A DNA stretch of 64,000 nt, from positions 704,001 through 768,000 of the forward strand of contig JAVLKG010000002.1 of NCBI GenBank assembly GCA_032128875.1. Reading direction: 5' to 3'. Below, one piece after another: positions 1-9,503 of this stretch. Position numbers and translations under genes: made by a program. The DNA comes from Candidatus Melainabacteria bacterium 17Bon1m (lineage in GTDB: Bacteria > Cyanobacteriota > Vampirovibrionia > Obscuribacterales > Obscuribacteraceae). The first letter of the stretch is position 1; every line of letters begins with the position of its first letter. The notes below the pieces were generated by a model. That model had not been told where the DNA came from. It made no database searches and saw only the letters and a program-made list of their open reading frames with translations.

Positions 1-171
1 CGTCTCCGCCACTTTAGCAGACAGTACGTGAACTGAATCTGAATACCATACGAGAGGAATAGGACGATCCTTGGCTCGCTAATCGATACGGTATTGAAAA
101 CCCATTAAATAGATTGAAGTCGCTTCCGGTTGTAGTAAGCTTGGTGCGACGTCAATCTTTTTGTGAGTTTT

Positions 172-1245
172 ATGAAAAACAAAATTCGCTCCATGGCATC
201 CTTAAGCTTCGCGCTAGTTGTTTCAGTACTCGGATCATTTTCCGCCAGTTGCGAACCAGCGCGGGCAGGAGATATTCCCGCTCCGTTCATCGTCGGTGGA
301 CCTTCAAACTCTGATTCTCAGCTGGTTTTGAAAGGCGTAAACGATGCATTTAATTCAAAATCACCAAAGATGGCCGATGCAGGTGAAATAGTTCGTGCAA
401 AGTCCAAAAATCTTGTCCTTTGGCCTGCAAAAGAGTCTGATATCGAATGTGATACCACACTCTTTGATAAGTCCCCGGAAGGGGGCGAGTCTAAATTTTG
501 GGTTCAGAAAAAACCATATGAAGGTAAGAGATTTATCGTTCGTCAAAAGCCCTTCAATTGGCAAGGCGACAATTTCAATGTTGTGCTGACCACTACAAGC
601 GATACACCGGCAGAGATCTACAAGAAGTTCGACTCGGGCGAAATGAATGAACTTCCTAACGGATATTCGAGCGTGACATGTGATACATGGCAGCGTCCAT
701 GGATTTTTAGAAATCCTGCGTCGGGAAAATTGTTGGATGTCGATACGGCGCATCCTGCCGATTGCTTAGCGGACTGGACTGTCTATGAGTCGACGAAAGA
801 CGGCAAAAGAAAAGAGCTTTGCAAAATTAGGTTCAGAAAACAATCGGAGAAGATCGCAGAGCTTTTGCCGAAAGGTCCGTTACGTGAATTCAGCACTTTG
901 CTCGACAATATAATCGGAAAGGCAAAGGAAAATGAAGGGACCATGCAGCAGACCTCTCGCTTGCGTAATGAAGTTGCGAGAATGTGGGGTAATTTGCTTT
1001 TTCGCCCTTGGGCTATGAATCAGCCACAAAATTCCAAGGCTCAAGTTGAAGGACATTTGAAACGTTGGCAAAGAGGTGCGCGTGCCTACAAAACTCAATA
1101 TATTCGTCTGCAAGCGCTATATCCTCAAGCACAAGCTGCTTTGACTCGCTACTACGAGCAAGTATTTAGAATGCCGAATGCGGGTGCTTCGAAGCTGGCG
1201 GCTAAAAATCTGGATATTGCATATCGTAGTCATTTCAGTCTCTAG
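172..1245 (+). CDS. secreted hypothetical protein
   Basis: Long ORF with hydrophobic signal-like N-terminus (MKNKIRSMASLSFALVVSVLG...); ATG at 172 preferred over GTG 163; no family recognised. Confidence 0.75.
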   Translation: MKNKIRSMASLSFALVVSVLGSFSASCEPARAGDIPAPFIVGGPSNSDSQLVLKGVNDAFNSKSPKMADAGEIVRAKSKNLVLWPAKESDIECDTTLFDKSPEGGESKFWVQKKPYEGKRFIVRQKPFNWQGDNFNVVLTTTSDTPAEIYKKFDSGEMNELPNGYSSVTCDTWQRPWIFRNPASGKLLDVDTAHPADCLADWTVYESTKDGKRKELCKIRFRKQSEKIAELLPKGPLREFSTLLDNIIGKAKENEGTMQQTSRLRNEVARMWGNLLFRPWAMNQPQNSKAQVEGHLKRWQRGARAYKTQYIRLQALYPQAQAALTRYYEQVFRMPNAGASKLAAKNLDIAYRSHFSL

Positions 1246-1355
1246 AAGACTTCTATGATGCTTTCGAATATTGCCATTGGAAAATTCCAGCGGCAAGTGT
1301 ATGCTAGCGCCAAGCCGATTTAACATGCGTCCCCTCATCGGATTAAAGAGTAACT

Positions 1356-1685
1356 ATGAAATTTGCTTTTCTAACAATAATTGCGCTTCTGATTTCCCTT
1401 GTTTCGATTCCTGCCGATGCGAAGGGCAAAGTCTGGACCATCGAGGACAGACAAGCGCAGCTGATGAAAGACATTAATGAAGGACAGAAGGGTCAGCAAC
1501 TGACTAAGAAAGAAGCAGATCGCCTGCGCAGTGATCTTGCCGACGTTGCACGCAAGAAAAAGAAAATGAAGGGCAAATCTGACAACGGCAAGCTCACCGA
1601 TGACAACAAGAAAGTCTTGGAAGGCGATTTGAATAGCATCAGCGATGCGATTCACAAGTACAAACTTGAAAAGCGTGCTAAGTAA
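1356..1685 (+). CDS. small secreted helical hypothetical protein
   Basis: 109 aa; Sec signal MKFAFLTIIALLISLVSIPADA; Lys-rich helical body. Confidence 0.8.
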   Translation: MKFAFLTIIALLISLVSIPADAKGKVWTIEDRQAQLMKDINEGQKGQQLTKKEADRLRSDLADVARKKKKMKGKSDNGKLTDDNKKVLEGDLNSISDAIHKYKLEKRAK

Positions 1686-1720
1686 GCGCTTTTTCTAGTT
1701 CCACCTTTTCTCAACAAGAA

Positions 1721-1766
1721 AACAAAAGAAATGGCGCACCGCAAGGCACGCCATTTTTGTTTGTTT
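1721..1766. terminator. probable bidirectional intrinsic terminator
   Basis: AAATGGCG-cacc-GCAA-ggca-CGCCATTT hairpin flanked by A-rich and T-rich tracts, between convergent genes. Confidence 0.7.
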
Positions 1767-1792
1767 CGTTACCTGATCTCAGCTTGCCGCGT

Positions 1793-2773
1793 TTATTCGT
1801 GAGCTGTCACACCAGGGCTTTTCGAGCGTGATTCATTCTTCAGCCAGACGAGCAGCATCTGGGAAAGTTGATCCGTAAGTTGATTTTCCTCGAGAAGCAA
1901 GTGCTCTCCATCACCAATCACCATCAGCAACTTATCCTGCGTTGTCAAAGCATTGAAAAGCTCAATAGTGCCTTCTGGCTTCACCAGCTTATCTTTGAAA
2001 CCGGCAATCAGAAGAACTGGCATCTTCTCTATGAGAGCAGCGGCGTCGAAATTGCCTTTCATGAATTCGTCGAATTGCTTGAGTTCTTTCGGGGTCAACT
2101 CCATGCGGTTGCCCCTATCGGCAAGCATTCTCTTTTGCAAATTGCGGTTGGCGGTTGCGCGCTCGACGACGGTTGTGCCTACGTCCATAGGTTTGTTCTT
2201 GTCTTCAATGTAGCGCAGGCCTACATGCATCTTGGTTGTCAGGCTGCCATAACGCTCGCTGGAGGGGACTGAGGAAATCAGACCATTAACCAGATCGGGA
2301 TAGCGAGAGGCGGCGCGCATCGCTATGGCGCCTCCCATTGATTCTCCGACCAGGAAGATCGGTACGCCGGGATAGGCTTTGCGGACGTTCTTTAGAGCGG
2401 CTTCGATGTCATTGAGGCAGGCGTCGAAGTCGACTTTGTTGCCTTCGCGCTTATTAAGCCAGGCGCCAAAACCTCTTACGTCCACGGCATAAACTGCAAA
2501 ACCATGTGAAGCCATTACCCTGCCGAATTCGTCAAACGATTGGCTGTTGAAGCCCAGTCCGTGAACGCAGAGAAGCACTTCTCGTGGTCTATCAATAGGA
2601 ATCCATGAGCGATGCGGAACTTTGATTTTCGCGCTCCACGCCGGTACAACCGTTTTGCGCGCGGGAGGCGCTGCCTCCGCGAAAGTACTGCTTGTAGCCA
2701 ACAAGCTCGGGGCAAGTGTAGCGGCTTGCACAAGAATGGTAAGGGCAATGCCTTTGGTAAAACGTCCCAGCAT
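1793..2773 (-). CDS. alpha/beta hydrolase, lysophospholipase (Hydrolase_4)-like, secreted
   Basis: HGLG oxyanion motif, DVRGFG, GESMGG nucleophile elbow, DKLV and GEH catalytic Asp/His; N-terminal signal. Confidence 0.85.
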   Translation of the reverse strand: MLGRFTKGIALTILVQAATLAPSLLATSSTFAEAAPPARKTVVPAWSAKIKVPHRSWIPIDRPREVLLCVHGLGFNSQSFDEFGRVMASHGFAVYAVDVRGFGAWLNKREGNKVDFDACLNDIEAALKNVRKAYPGVPIFLVGESMGGAIAMRAASRYPDLVNGLISSVPSSERYGSLTTKMHVGLRYIEDKNKPMDVGTTVVERATANRNLQKRMLADRGNRMELTPKELKQFDEFMKGNFDAAALIEKMPVLLIAGFKDKLVKPEGTIELFNALTTQDKLLMVIGDGEHLLLEENQLTDQLSQMLLVWLKNESRSKSPGVTAHE

Positions 2774-2952
2774 GATTCGTTTCCTTAAAACAGTCATCGA
2801 AATGAGCCCACATTATGTCAGGCGCCCGGCTGTAATTGCATCCCCCGAAGTCGATTCGGCTCTGGAGAAAGTGGGATTTTTGTGTCGCCAAATGACATCA
2901 TCTGTCAGTAGATTGTCCAGGCGGTAGCCGTCCATGCGAGAATAAGCGAATA

Positions 2953-3330
2953 ATGCAGTCCATCAACTGGCAGTTATTCGTTGCAGGTCAGCCCGTGCAG
3001 CCGGGCGTAAATTTGCGCGTCAACGAAAAGTGGCAAAACAACCACGGCGCGTACTTGGTTCTACAGCCTTTTGAAAGTGAAAAGACATCGATATTCTGCG
3101 TTCGGTACAACGTAAATATCGGCGGCAAAGATTATCTACTTTTGGAAAACGCAAATTCACCAGAAGGTGATCTGACCGTCGTGAGATGTTTTGGACCAGA
3201 TAGATTTGGTGCGATGGACCCTGACCGATTTTCGAGCTTGCGAAACGCACTCATTGATTTCCTGAATAGCGAAAGGCCAACTGAGCTGGAAGTGCTGGAC
3301 AAACTGTTGGGCGGTTTAGAGGTGCGCTGA
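2953..3330 (+). CDS. hypothetical protein (weak DUF1292-like pattern)
   Basis: 125-aa ORF whose stop overlaps the next start (TGATG); 'NIGGKDYLLLE' resembles DUF1292 by eye only. Confidence 0.6.
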   Translation: MQSINWQLFVAGQPVQPGVNLRVNEKWQNNHGAYLVLQPFESEKTSIFCVRYNVNIGGKDYLLLENANSPEGDLTVVRCFGPDRFGAMDPDRFSSLRNALIDFLNSERPTELEVLDKLLGGLEVR

Positions 3331-4184
3331 TGGTGCAGGGTCGCGTGGCACAAAGTGTTTTAAATTGCGCGTTGCTGTTTGCATTTTGCGCGGCCGTTTT
3401 ATCCGTGCAAAACATTTCGGCATTGGCAGAATGCAGCTCGGGTATAGCACCAAAAGTTTCAACTTCTGTGCAAACGGTTTCGCCCGCTGAACAAATGTTC
3501 GAACGGGCAGACTGGGTGTTCAACAATGCTGAGCAAGTTCACTACGGACATCGTAAAGTCAGCGCAACCAATCAGGTTAAGCGTTTTAGCAATGGTCGAT
3601 GCGAAGCTGACACAGATTGTTCTGGTTTTGTCAGTTATCTGCTCTCCGATTTTCCAAAACATTATGACTCGATCCGCAAATTGCAACCGGACAGATCCTA
3701 TCCTCAAGCAAAGACCTATGTTCAGTTTTTTACTGATTTGAAAACAGATGCAGCGACGGACGGTTGGGTGAAAGTCGCCAGCACAGATGATTTGCGTCGT
3801 GGTGATTTAATCGCATGGAAGAAACCTCAACCAGCGGACGGCGTTAAGAGGAAAACAAATACAGGACACATCGCGATTGTGATTGATAGACCAGGTGCGG
3901 TTGAAGAGACGCAAATCAACGGACAAACGTATCGCTATCAAAGCATAAATGTAATTGATAGCTCTTCTGTAAAACATTTTCAACCCGAAATACTGCCACC
4001 ACTTTCTTCAATGCCTCATCGCGACGGCATCGGGAAAGGTGTGGTTCGCATTCTTTTGGATGATACCAATCGACCGATTGGATGCTGGGAAGGAACCTAT
4101 TGGTACGAAGGCAATAAAGATATAAGGAAACCGACTCTCACGAATTCAATTGCGTTTGCGCGCATGGTGGCAGATAGTAACTGA
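3330..4184 (+). CDS. secreted NlpC/P60-like (papain-fold) peptidase/amidase
   Basis: DCSGFVSY catalytic Cys motif, RRGDLIAW, GHIAIV catalytic His; signal-like N-terminus. Confidence 0.75.
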   Translation: MVQGRVAQSVLNCALLFAFCAAVLSVQNISALAECSSGIAPKVSTSVQTVSPAEQMFERADWVFNNAEQVHYGHRKVSATNQVKRFSNGRCEADTDCSGFVSYLLSDFPKHYDSIRKLQPDRSYPQAKTYVQFFTDLKTDAATDGWVKVASTDDLRRGDLIAWKKPQPADGVKRKTNTGHIAIVIDRPGAVEETQINGQTYRYQSINVIDSSSVKHFQPEILPPLSSMPHRDGIGKGVVRILLDDTNRPIGCWEGTYWYEGNKDIRKPTLTNSIAFARMVADSN

Positions 4185-4203
4185 GCAGGGAAGGATAGAG
4201 GTT

Positions 4204-5613
4204 ATGTTCAAAGACATCGTTTCGCAAGCAACGCCATTCATCGATCGCTGGCTGCAGTTTCGTTATGACCGTTTGGAATTGCCTGGGTTTGTTGTCGCGA
4301 TACAGATCGACGGCAAGATTGAATTCCAGAGAGCTTACGGTTTTGCAGATTTGGAAAAGCGCGAACCGATGACGACCGAGCATGTTTTTCGAATTGCATC
4401 GCATAGCAAGACCTTTGCTGCTACTGCAATCATGCAGCTTGCCGAAGAAAAGCTTTTGCATATCGATGAACCAGTTGCGAAGTATGTCCCCTGGATTCGT
4501 GATCATAAAGATCACCGTATGGAGAAGGTGACGATTCGCCAACTGATGTCCCACAGCGCCGGTATGATCAGAGATGGACGGGATGCGAATTTCTGGCAAC
4601 TGACAAATAGTTTTCACGATCTGGCTGCTTTCAAAAAAGCTCTTATGAGCTGCGACCTTGTTTTTGATACCAACAAGCAAATGAAGTATTCAAACTTCGG
4701 GTATGCACTGCTCGGATGTGTCATTGAGGAAGTATATGGCATGCCCTTCGGAAGCTATGTTCAAGCAAAAATCTTGCATCCGCTGGGTTTGTCTAACACT
4801 ACTCCTGAAGTGACTGCAGAAATGCTTTCCAGGCTTGTAGTCGGTTATTCGCGGCGCGGCAGAGAGAAGCAACGCCAACCGCTGGAGAAAAACATCGACA
4901 CAAAGCAAATGGCTGCAGCCACTGGATTTTGTTCTACAGCCGCGGACTTGTGCAAATATTTCGATGCACATTTTGTTGACTCGAAAAAACTCTTGAATGA
5001 CGAATCGAAGAAAGAAATGCAACGCACGCAGTGGCGTCTCAAAAACTCTCACATTGGTGAAGAGTATGGATTAGGCTTTCAAATCGAATCGATCCTAGAT
5101 AGAAAAGTATACGGTCATGGTGGTGCATTTCCTGGGCAGCGTACAAAGACCATCTGCGATCCTAACGAGCGATTGGTCATTACAGTATTGACCAATTGCA
5201 TTGATGGTGAGGCTTCCTTCATCGCTCGCGGGCTTTACACAGTGCTCGATCACTTTTACGGCAGTGCATTACGTGCTGATAGTGACACGATTGAGAAATT
5301 GCGCAAGTTCGAAGGAATTTATACAAGTCTCTGGGGCGATTTGGCCATCGTCGAATCCGGTAGAAACCTCATCGGAGTCGATCCCAATACATGGTTTCCA
5401 TTCGGGCGTGACCAGGATATTCAAGTGCTGGAATTGGCGGGCGACAACAAGCTCAGAATTGCGAACGCGAATGGCTATTACAGCGAAGGCGAACATGCAG
5501 AATTCGACTTCGACTTCAACGGAAACGTTATTTCTATAGACTATGCCGGCTACAACATGCTGCCGGAAGCCGAATATACCAACGAGCTTGTGAAGCCTAA
5601 GGTCGCTACCTGA
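4204..5613 (+). CDS. serine hydrolase, beta-lactamase class C/AmpC-like family
   Basis: ASHSKTF (SxxK), YSN, GHGG motifs; ATG 4204 follows a purine-rich RBS. Confidence 0.88.
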   Translation: MFKDIVSQATPFIDRWLQFRYDRLELPGFVVAIQIDGKIEFQRAYGFADLEKREPMTTEHVFRIASHSKTFAATAIMQLAEEKLLHIDEPVAKYVPWIRDHKDHRMEKVTIRQLMSHSAGMIRDGRDANFWQLTNSFHDLAAFKKALMSCDLVFDTNKQMKYSNFGYALLGCVIEEVYGMPFGSYVQAKILHPLGLSNTTPEVTAEMLSRLVVGYSRRGREKQRQPLEKNIDTKQMAAATGFCSTAADLCKYFDAHFVDSKKLLNDESKKEMQRTQWRLKNSHIGEEYGLGFQIESILDRKVYGHGGAFPGQRTKTICDPNERLVITVLTNCIDGEASFIARGLYTVLDHFYGSALRADSDTIEKLRKFEGIYTSLWGDLAIVESGRNLIGVDPNTWFPFGRDQDIQVLELAGDNKLRIANANGYYSEGEHAEFDFDFNGNVISIDYAGYNMLPEAEYTNELVKPKVAT

Positions 5614-5722
5614 TGCCAGACTTAATTGAAAACATGGAAAGTGCCAGCTAAAGACAATTACCTGGAGAAGAGACTGATAAGGAGTTATACTTCAGTCTTC
5701 GAAATATATACAGGTTGACATT

Positions 5723-7324
5723 ATGTTGAGAAAAATACTCTCGTTAGCTCTGGTAGCTGCACTTGGATTTTCCGCTGCAGCAAGTCCGGTTTTCGCCGGT
5801 GTCAGCGCGGTTGGTGAGTTGAAGAACACCCCACAGAATCATCCTGGACTCATATTGGACCAGTTTTACCTGGGGTGCCTTTCCCACGCCTCCTATTTGA
5901 TCGGTGATCCGGTCAGCAAGACTGCTGTCGTTGTGGACCCTCAGCGTGACATCAGCCAATATGTCGAAGAGGCAAGCAAGCAAGGCTTGAAAATCACGCA
6001 TGTTTTCCTGACCCATGTGCATGCCGATTTTGTTGCTGGGCATTTGGAGCTGCAACGAAAAGTCGGTGCCAAGATTTGCCTAGGCTCGAAAACGAAGGCT
6101 AGCTTTCCATTCACGAAATTGAAAGATGGCGATGTTGTTGATCTCGGCAGCATTCAGTTGAAGGTTTTAGATACACCGGGTCACACTCCTGAAGCGATTT
6201 CATTGCTCGTTTTCAATTCCAAAGTCGATAAGGTCAAACCGTACGCCGTGTTGACTGGAGATTGTCTCTTCATCGGCGATGTTGGTCGACCGGACTTGCT
6301 AGCTTCGCAGGGTGTCAGCGCTCAAGAACTCGCAGGCTTGCTCTACGATTCGACTCGCGAAAAACTCATGAAATTGCCGGATGAAACTCTCGTATACCCT
6401 GCTCATGGTGCAGGCTCTCTTTGTGGCAAAAACTTGAGCAAAGAAACCGTCTCTTCAATCGGAGAAGAGAAGAAAACCAACTACGCGTTGCAACCGATGA
6501 CGAAGGAAAAGTTCATTTCGCTCATTACTGAGGACCAACCGAAGACACCTCAATATTTTGGTTATGACGCGACGTACAACCTGACCAAGCACAAAACTCT
6601 CGATGAGGTTTTGGAAAAGTCACTAAAACCTTTGACTGTTGATGAAGCGATTCAGCAGCGCAATGGTGGTGCTCATTTGTTGGATGGCCGTGAATCAGAT
6701 GAATTTGCCAAACGGCATGTCGTCGATGCAATCAGCATTCCAATGAAAGGGCATTATGCAACTTGGGCCGGGACATTCCTCGACCACAATAAGCCGGTGG
6801 TTATCATTTCCGACCCAGGTAAAGAGCGTGAGGCTGCTATGCGCTTGGGACGAATTGGTTTTGACAATGTTGTCGGTTATGTGAAGGGCGGAATCGGCGC
6901 ATTCGAAAAACGCGACGATTTGGTGGCATCGAATGTTCGTGTGACACCCGATGCGCTCGCAATGCAAATGAAGTCTGATAAACCACCAATGGTTGTTGAT
7001 GTGCGCAACGATGCCGAATGGAACTCAGCCAGAATTGAAGGCTCTGTGCACATGCCATTGATCGGTTTGCTGGACAAAGTTGACAGCTTGCCTCGCGATC
7101 GCGAACTCATCATTTTGTGCGCGACTGGAAACCGTTCGTCAACGGCAGCGAGTTTATTGAGTCAGAAAGGAGTTACGCACGTAACTGATCTTGCAGGTGG
7201 AATAGAGGCCTGGCAGAAGCAGCAACTGCCGGTTAAACAAGCGGTAAGCTGCACAAAAGCTCCGGAAGCAATTGCCCCAACAGATGAGAACACCTCAAAA
7301 CGAGACGCAAAAACAAGCAACTGA
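5723..7324 (+). CDS. MBL-fold persulfide dioxygenase fused to two rhodanese domains (CstB-like), with N-terminal signal peptide
   Basis: THVHADF, TPGHTPE, GDVGRPDL, PAHGAGSLCGK motifs; pseudo-rhodanese followed by active rhodanese CATGNRS; Sec-type leader. Confidence 0.88.
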   Translation: MLRKILSLALVAALGFSAAASPVFAGVSAVGELKNTPQNHPGLILDQFYLGCLSHASYLIGDPVSKTAVVVDPQRDISQYVEEASKQGLKITHVFLTHVHADFVAGHLELQRKVGAKICLGSKTKASFPFTKLKDGDVVDLGSIQLKVLDTPGHTPEAISLLVFNSKVDKVKPYAVLTGDCLFIGDVGRPDLLASQGVSAQELAGLLYDSTREKLMKLPDETLVYPAHGAGSLCGKNLSKETVSSIGEEKKTNYALQPMTKEKFISLITEDQPKTPQYFGYDATYNLTKHKTLDEVLEKSLKPLTVDEAIQQRNGGAHLLDGRESDEFAKRHVVDAISIPMKGHYATWAGTFLDHNKPVVIISDPGKEREAAMRLGRIGFDNVVGYVKGGIGAFEKRDDLVASNVRVTPDALAMQMKSDKPPMVVDVRNDAEWNSARIEGSVHMPLIGLLDKVDSLPRDRELIILCATGNRSSTAASLLSQKGVTHVTDLAGGIEAWQKQQLPVKQAVSCTKAPEAIAPTDENTSKRDAKTSN

Positions 7325-8555
7325 TCTGCAAGAGGGCAATCACGTAAGCAGGAGAAAATTCTTGCTTCTGGCGGCAACTGTGGCGGCTGGCGGTTTGACG
7401 TCCGCATGTTCTAATCTTGCCGACGAAGATGCTCACAAGGGCGCAATCATCAAAGTGCGAGATGGTTTATCCGTAGCGCGCTTTCCTGAGAAAGAAGAGC
7501 TGATTTTGTTGACGGACCGCCCTCCTCAGCTCGAGACACCGCTTTTCTATTTTCGACAGGACCTCACTCCTAATGAAGCGTTTTTTGTGCGCTGGCACTT
7601 CTCTGGAATACCAACTTCGGTCGATTTGAGAACCTTCAAATTGACTGTTGGTGGCCATGTGCAAAAAACATTGTCATTGTCAGTCGATGACCTGAGAAAG
7701 CAATTCGAGCCTGTCTCTCTAGTAGCTGTAAATCAGTGTTCTGGAAACTCGCGCAGCTTCTTTTCGCCGCAGGTACCAGGTGGACAATGGGGACATGGTG
7801 CCGTTGGTAATGCCAGATGGACTGGTGTTCGCCTCAAAGACCTATTAAATAGGGCTGGCGTAAAACCTCAGGCAATGCAAGTGACATTCGCAGGTTTGGA
7901 TGAACCACCGCTCTATAGTATGCACAAGTTCGTCAAAGCTCTCGAGATTGATCATGCCATTGGTGATGAGGTTTTAGTCGCGTATGAGATGAACGGCGAA
8001 CCATTGCCTATGCTAAATGGTTTTCCCCTGCGCCTGGTGGTGCCAGGTTGGTATGCCACTTATTGGGTTAAGTCATTGGCGAAGATCGAGGTGTTACCGA
8101 GTAAGTTTGACGGCTTTTGGATGGAGAAGGCCTATCGAATTCCAAAGAACGAGAATGCTAACGAAACACCCGAAAATCTCGCGAAGGACACTATTCCTAT
8201 CAATCGCATGAATGTTCGATCTATTCTCGTACGTCCTGATTTCACGGATGTGGTTCGTGTCGGCAAGCAGTTTGAAATTGAAGGAATAGCATTCGATGGT
8301 GGAAGCGGAATTTCGAAAGTCGAAGTTTCGGTCGATGGTGGTGCATCCTGGTCTGTCGCACAACTAGACAATTCCGACAATGGTAAGTTTTCATTCAAAC
8401 GCTGGAGAATGTCATGGACGCCCACTTCTACCGGCAGCTATAAAGTTTTGACACGTGCTACTTCGGGCGATGGAAAAGTTCAGGGCCCGCAATTCTGGAA
8501 TAAGAGCGGCTACATGCGCAACGGCATTGAGCAAAATGAGGTCGCGGTTGTATAG
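7284..8555 (+). CDS. sorA: sulfite oxidase-family molybdoenzyme, SorA-type sulfite dehydrogenase; Tat lipoprotein
   Basis: SRRKFL Tat motif and LTSAC lipobox; FFVRWH, NQCSGNSR (Mo-binding Cys), GNARWTGV, GFPLRLVVPGWY; C-terminal dimerisation domain; start codon uncertain. Confidence 0.85.
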   Translation: MRTPQNETQKQATDLQEGNHVSRRKFLLLAATVAAGGLTSACSNLADEDAHKGAIIKVRDGLSVARFPEKEELILLTDRPPQLETPLFYFRQDLTPNEAFFVRWHFSGIPTSVDLRTFKLTVGGHVQKTLSLSVDDLRKQFEPVSLVAVNQCSGNSRSFFSPQVPGGQWGHGAVGNARWTGVRLKDLLNRAGVKPQAMQVTFAGLDEPPLYSMHKFVKALEIDHAIGDEVLVAYEMNGEPLPMLNGFPLRLVVPGWYATYWVKSLAKIEVLPSKFDGFWMEKAYRIPKNENANETPENLAKDTIPINRMNVRSILVRPDFTDVVRVGKQFEIEGIAFDGGSGISKVEVSVDGGASWSVAQLDNSDNGKFSFKRWRMSWTPTSTGSYKVLTRATSGDGKVQGPQFWNKSGYMRNGIEQNEVAVV

Positions 8556-8559
8556 CCTG

Positions 8560-8961
8560 ATGAAAATTATAAGAATGCCTGTTTTCGTGATCTTGATACT
8601 GTCCGCAGTACTTTATATGGTGTCATCTTTTTTTGCGACGCCATCAGTTAAGGCTGATAATGCTGATTCGCAAAGTAAGCCTTCGGCAATCAAAGTCACT
8701 GGCAAAACTATAGAGCTTCCTCACCTGCCGCCAGATTTCCCTCCGGGCAACGGACGCGAACTGTTCATTTCGCGTTGTGGAGTTTGTCATTCACTGCGAT
8801 ACATAACCATGCAGCCTAACTTTCCTGAGAAAACTTGGGCGAAAGAAGTGGACAAAATGATCAAAACCTACGGCGCCCATATCGATAAAAAGGAAGCCAA
8901 GGAAATTATCGAATACCTAAATTCAATCAAAGGAAAGGCGCCTAGCGCAGAAAAGCATTAA
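8560..8961 (+). CDS. sorB: SorB-like monoheme cytochrome c
   Basis: N-terminal TM/signal; CGVCHSLRYITMQP...W..EVDKM..YGA pattern typical of SorB; directly follows sorA. Confidence 0.8.
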   Translation: MKIIRMPVFVILILSAVLYMVSSFFATPSVKADNADSQSKPSAIKVTGKTIELPHLPPDFPPGNGRELFISRCGVCHSLRYITMQPNFPEKTWAKEVDKMIKTYGAHIDKKEAKEIIEYLNSIKGKAPSAEKH

Positions 8962-9503
8962 TGGCAGAAACTCCGGCAGACATCAAATATTCGGACAAGG
9001 GCAGTGGCAATAAAACGCCCGTTGTGCTTGCTGTCATCGTTGCAATTGTCGCTGCTGGTGTTTCTATATGGGGAGTCTCCAGCACTGGACTAATGGCAGG
9101 AGTACCTGAAAGCGCGAATACTCTGCCGGCACCGCCTACGGTTGCGCTGCCATCAGATAAAGGCGAGAAAGAGCGCCTGCTAAGGCTTGGTGCCCAAGTC
9201 CATCAGGAAAGTTGCGCCGGCTGCCACGCTGTGGATACCAAACTTATCGGTCCATCTTATCTGGATGTCTGCAAGTTGTATGGTGAATCCATGGACGTCA
9301 AAGGAACTCCATCTCCTGGCGTTACCGATCAGATTGATGTAGTTGCAATAAGTGGCATAAGCTTTGCTACCTCGCATCCAAAGAATAATTTATGGGATGG
9401 GTATCAAAGCGGGCCGGATATAACTTTGACTGCTGATCAGCGCCGTGCTGTCGCTGTTTGGATTTTCAATCTCTCCAATGAAAAGGAGGGCCGCGATGAC
9501 TGA
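8961..9503 (+). CDS. membrane-anchored monoheme cytochrome c (c-551/552-like)
   Basis: TM helix, CAGCH, KLIGPSY; TAATG overlap with upstream gene. Confidence 0.8.
   Translation: MAETPADIKYSDKGSGNKTPVVLAVIVAIVAAGVSIWGVSSTGLMAGVPESANTLPAPPTVALPSDKGEKERLLRLGAQVHQESCAGCHAVDTKLIGPSYLDVCKLYGESMDVKGTPSPGVTDQIDVVAISGISFATSHPKNNLWDGYQSGPDITLTADQRRAVAVWIFNLSNEKEGRDD

Noticed and set aside
1-110. Partial CDS at the left edge
   Set aside because: No frame could be assigned with confidence.
4138-4680. Long antisense ORFs in the track (for example 4138-4680, 20655-21209, 40528-41121, 42209-42691)
   Set aside because: They lie opposite well-supported genes and show no motifs; treated as shadow ORFs.
5671-5698. 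AGACTGA/TCAGTCT inverted repeat upstream of the sulfur operon as an operator
   Set aside because: Only 7-bp arms and no cognate regulator nearby; cannot be distinguished from chance or a weak terminator.
7284-8555. MsrP/YedY methionine sulfoxide reductase or SoxC
   Set aside because: It has a C-terminal dimerisation domain and a SorB-like partner; there is no MsrQ and no other sox genes.
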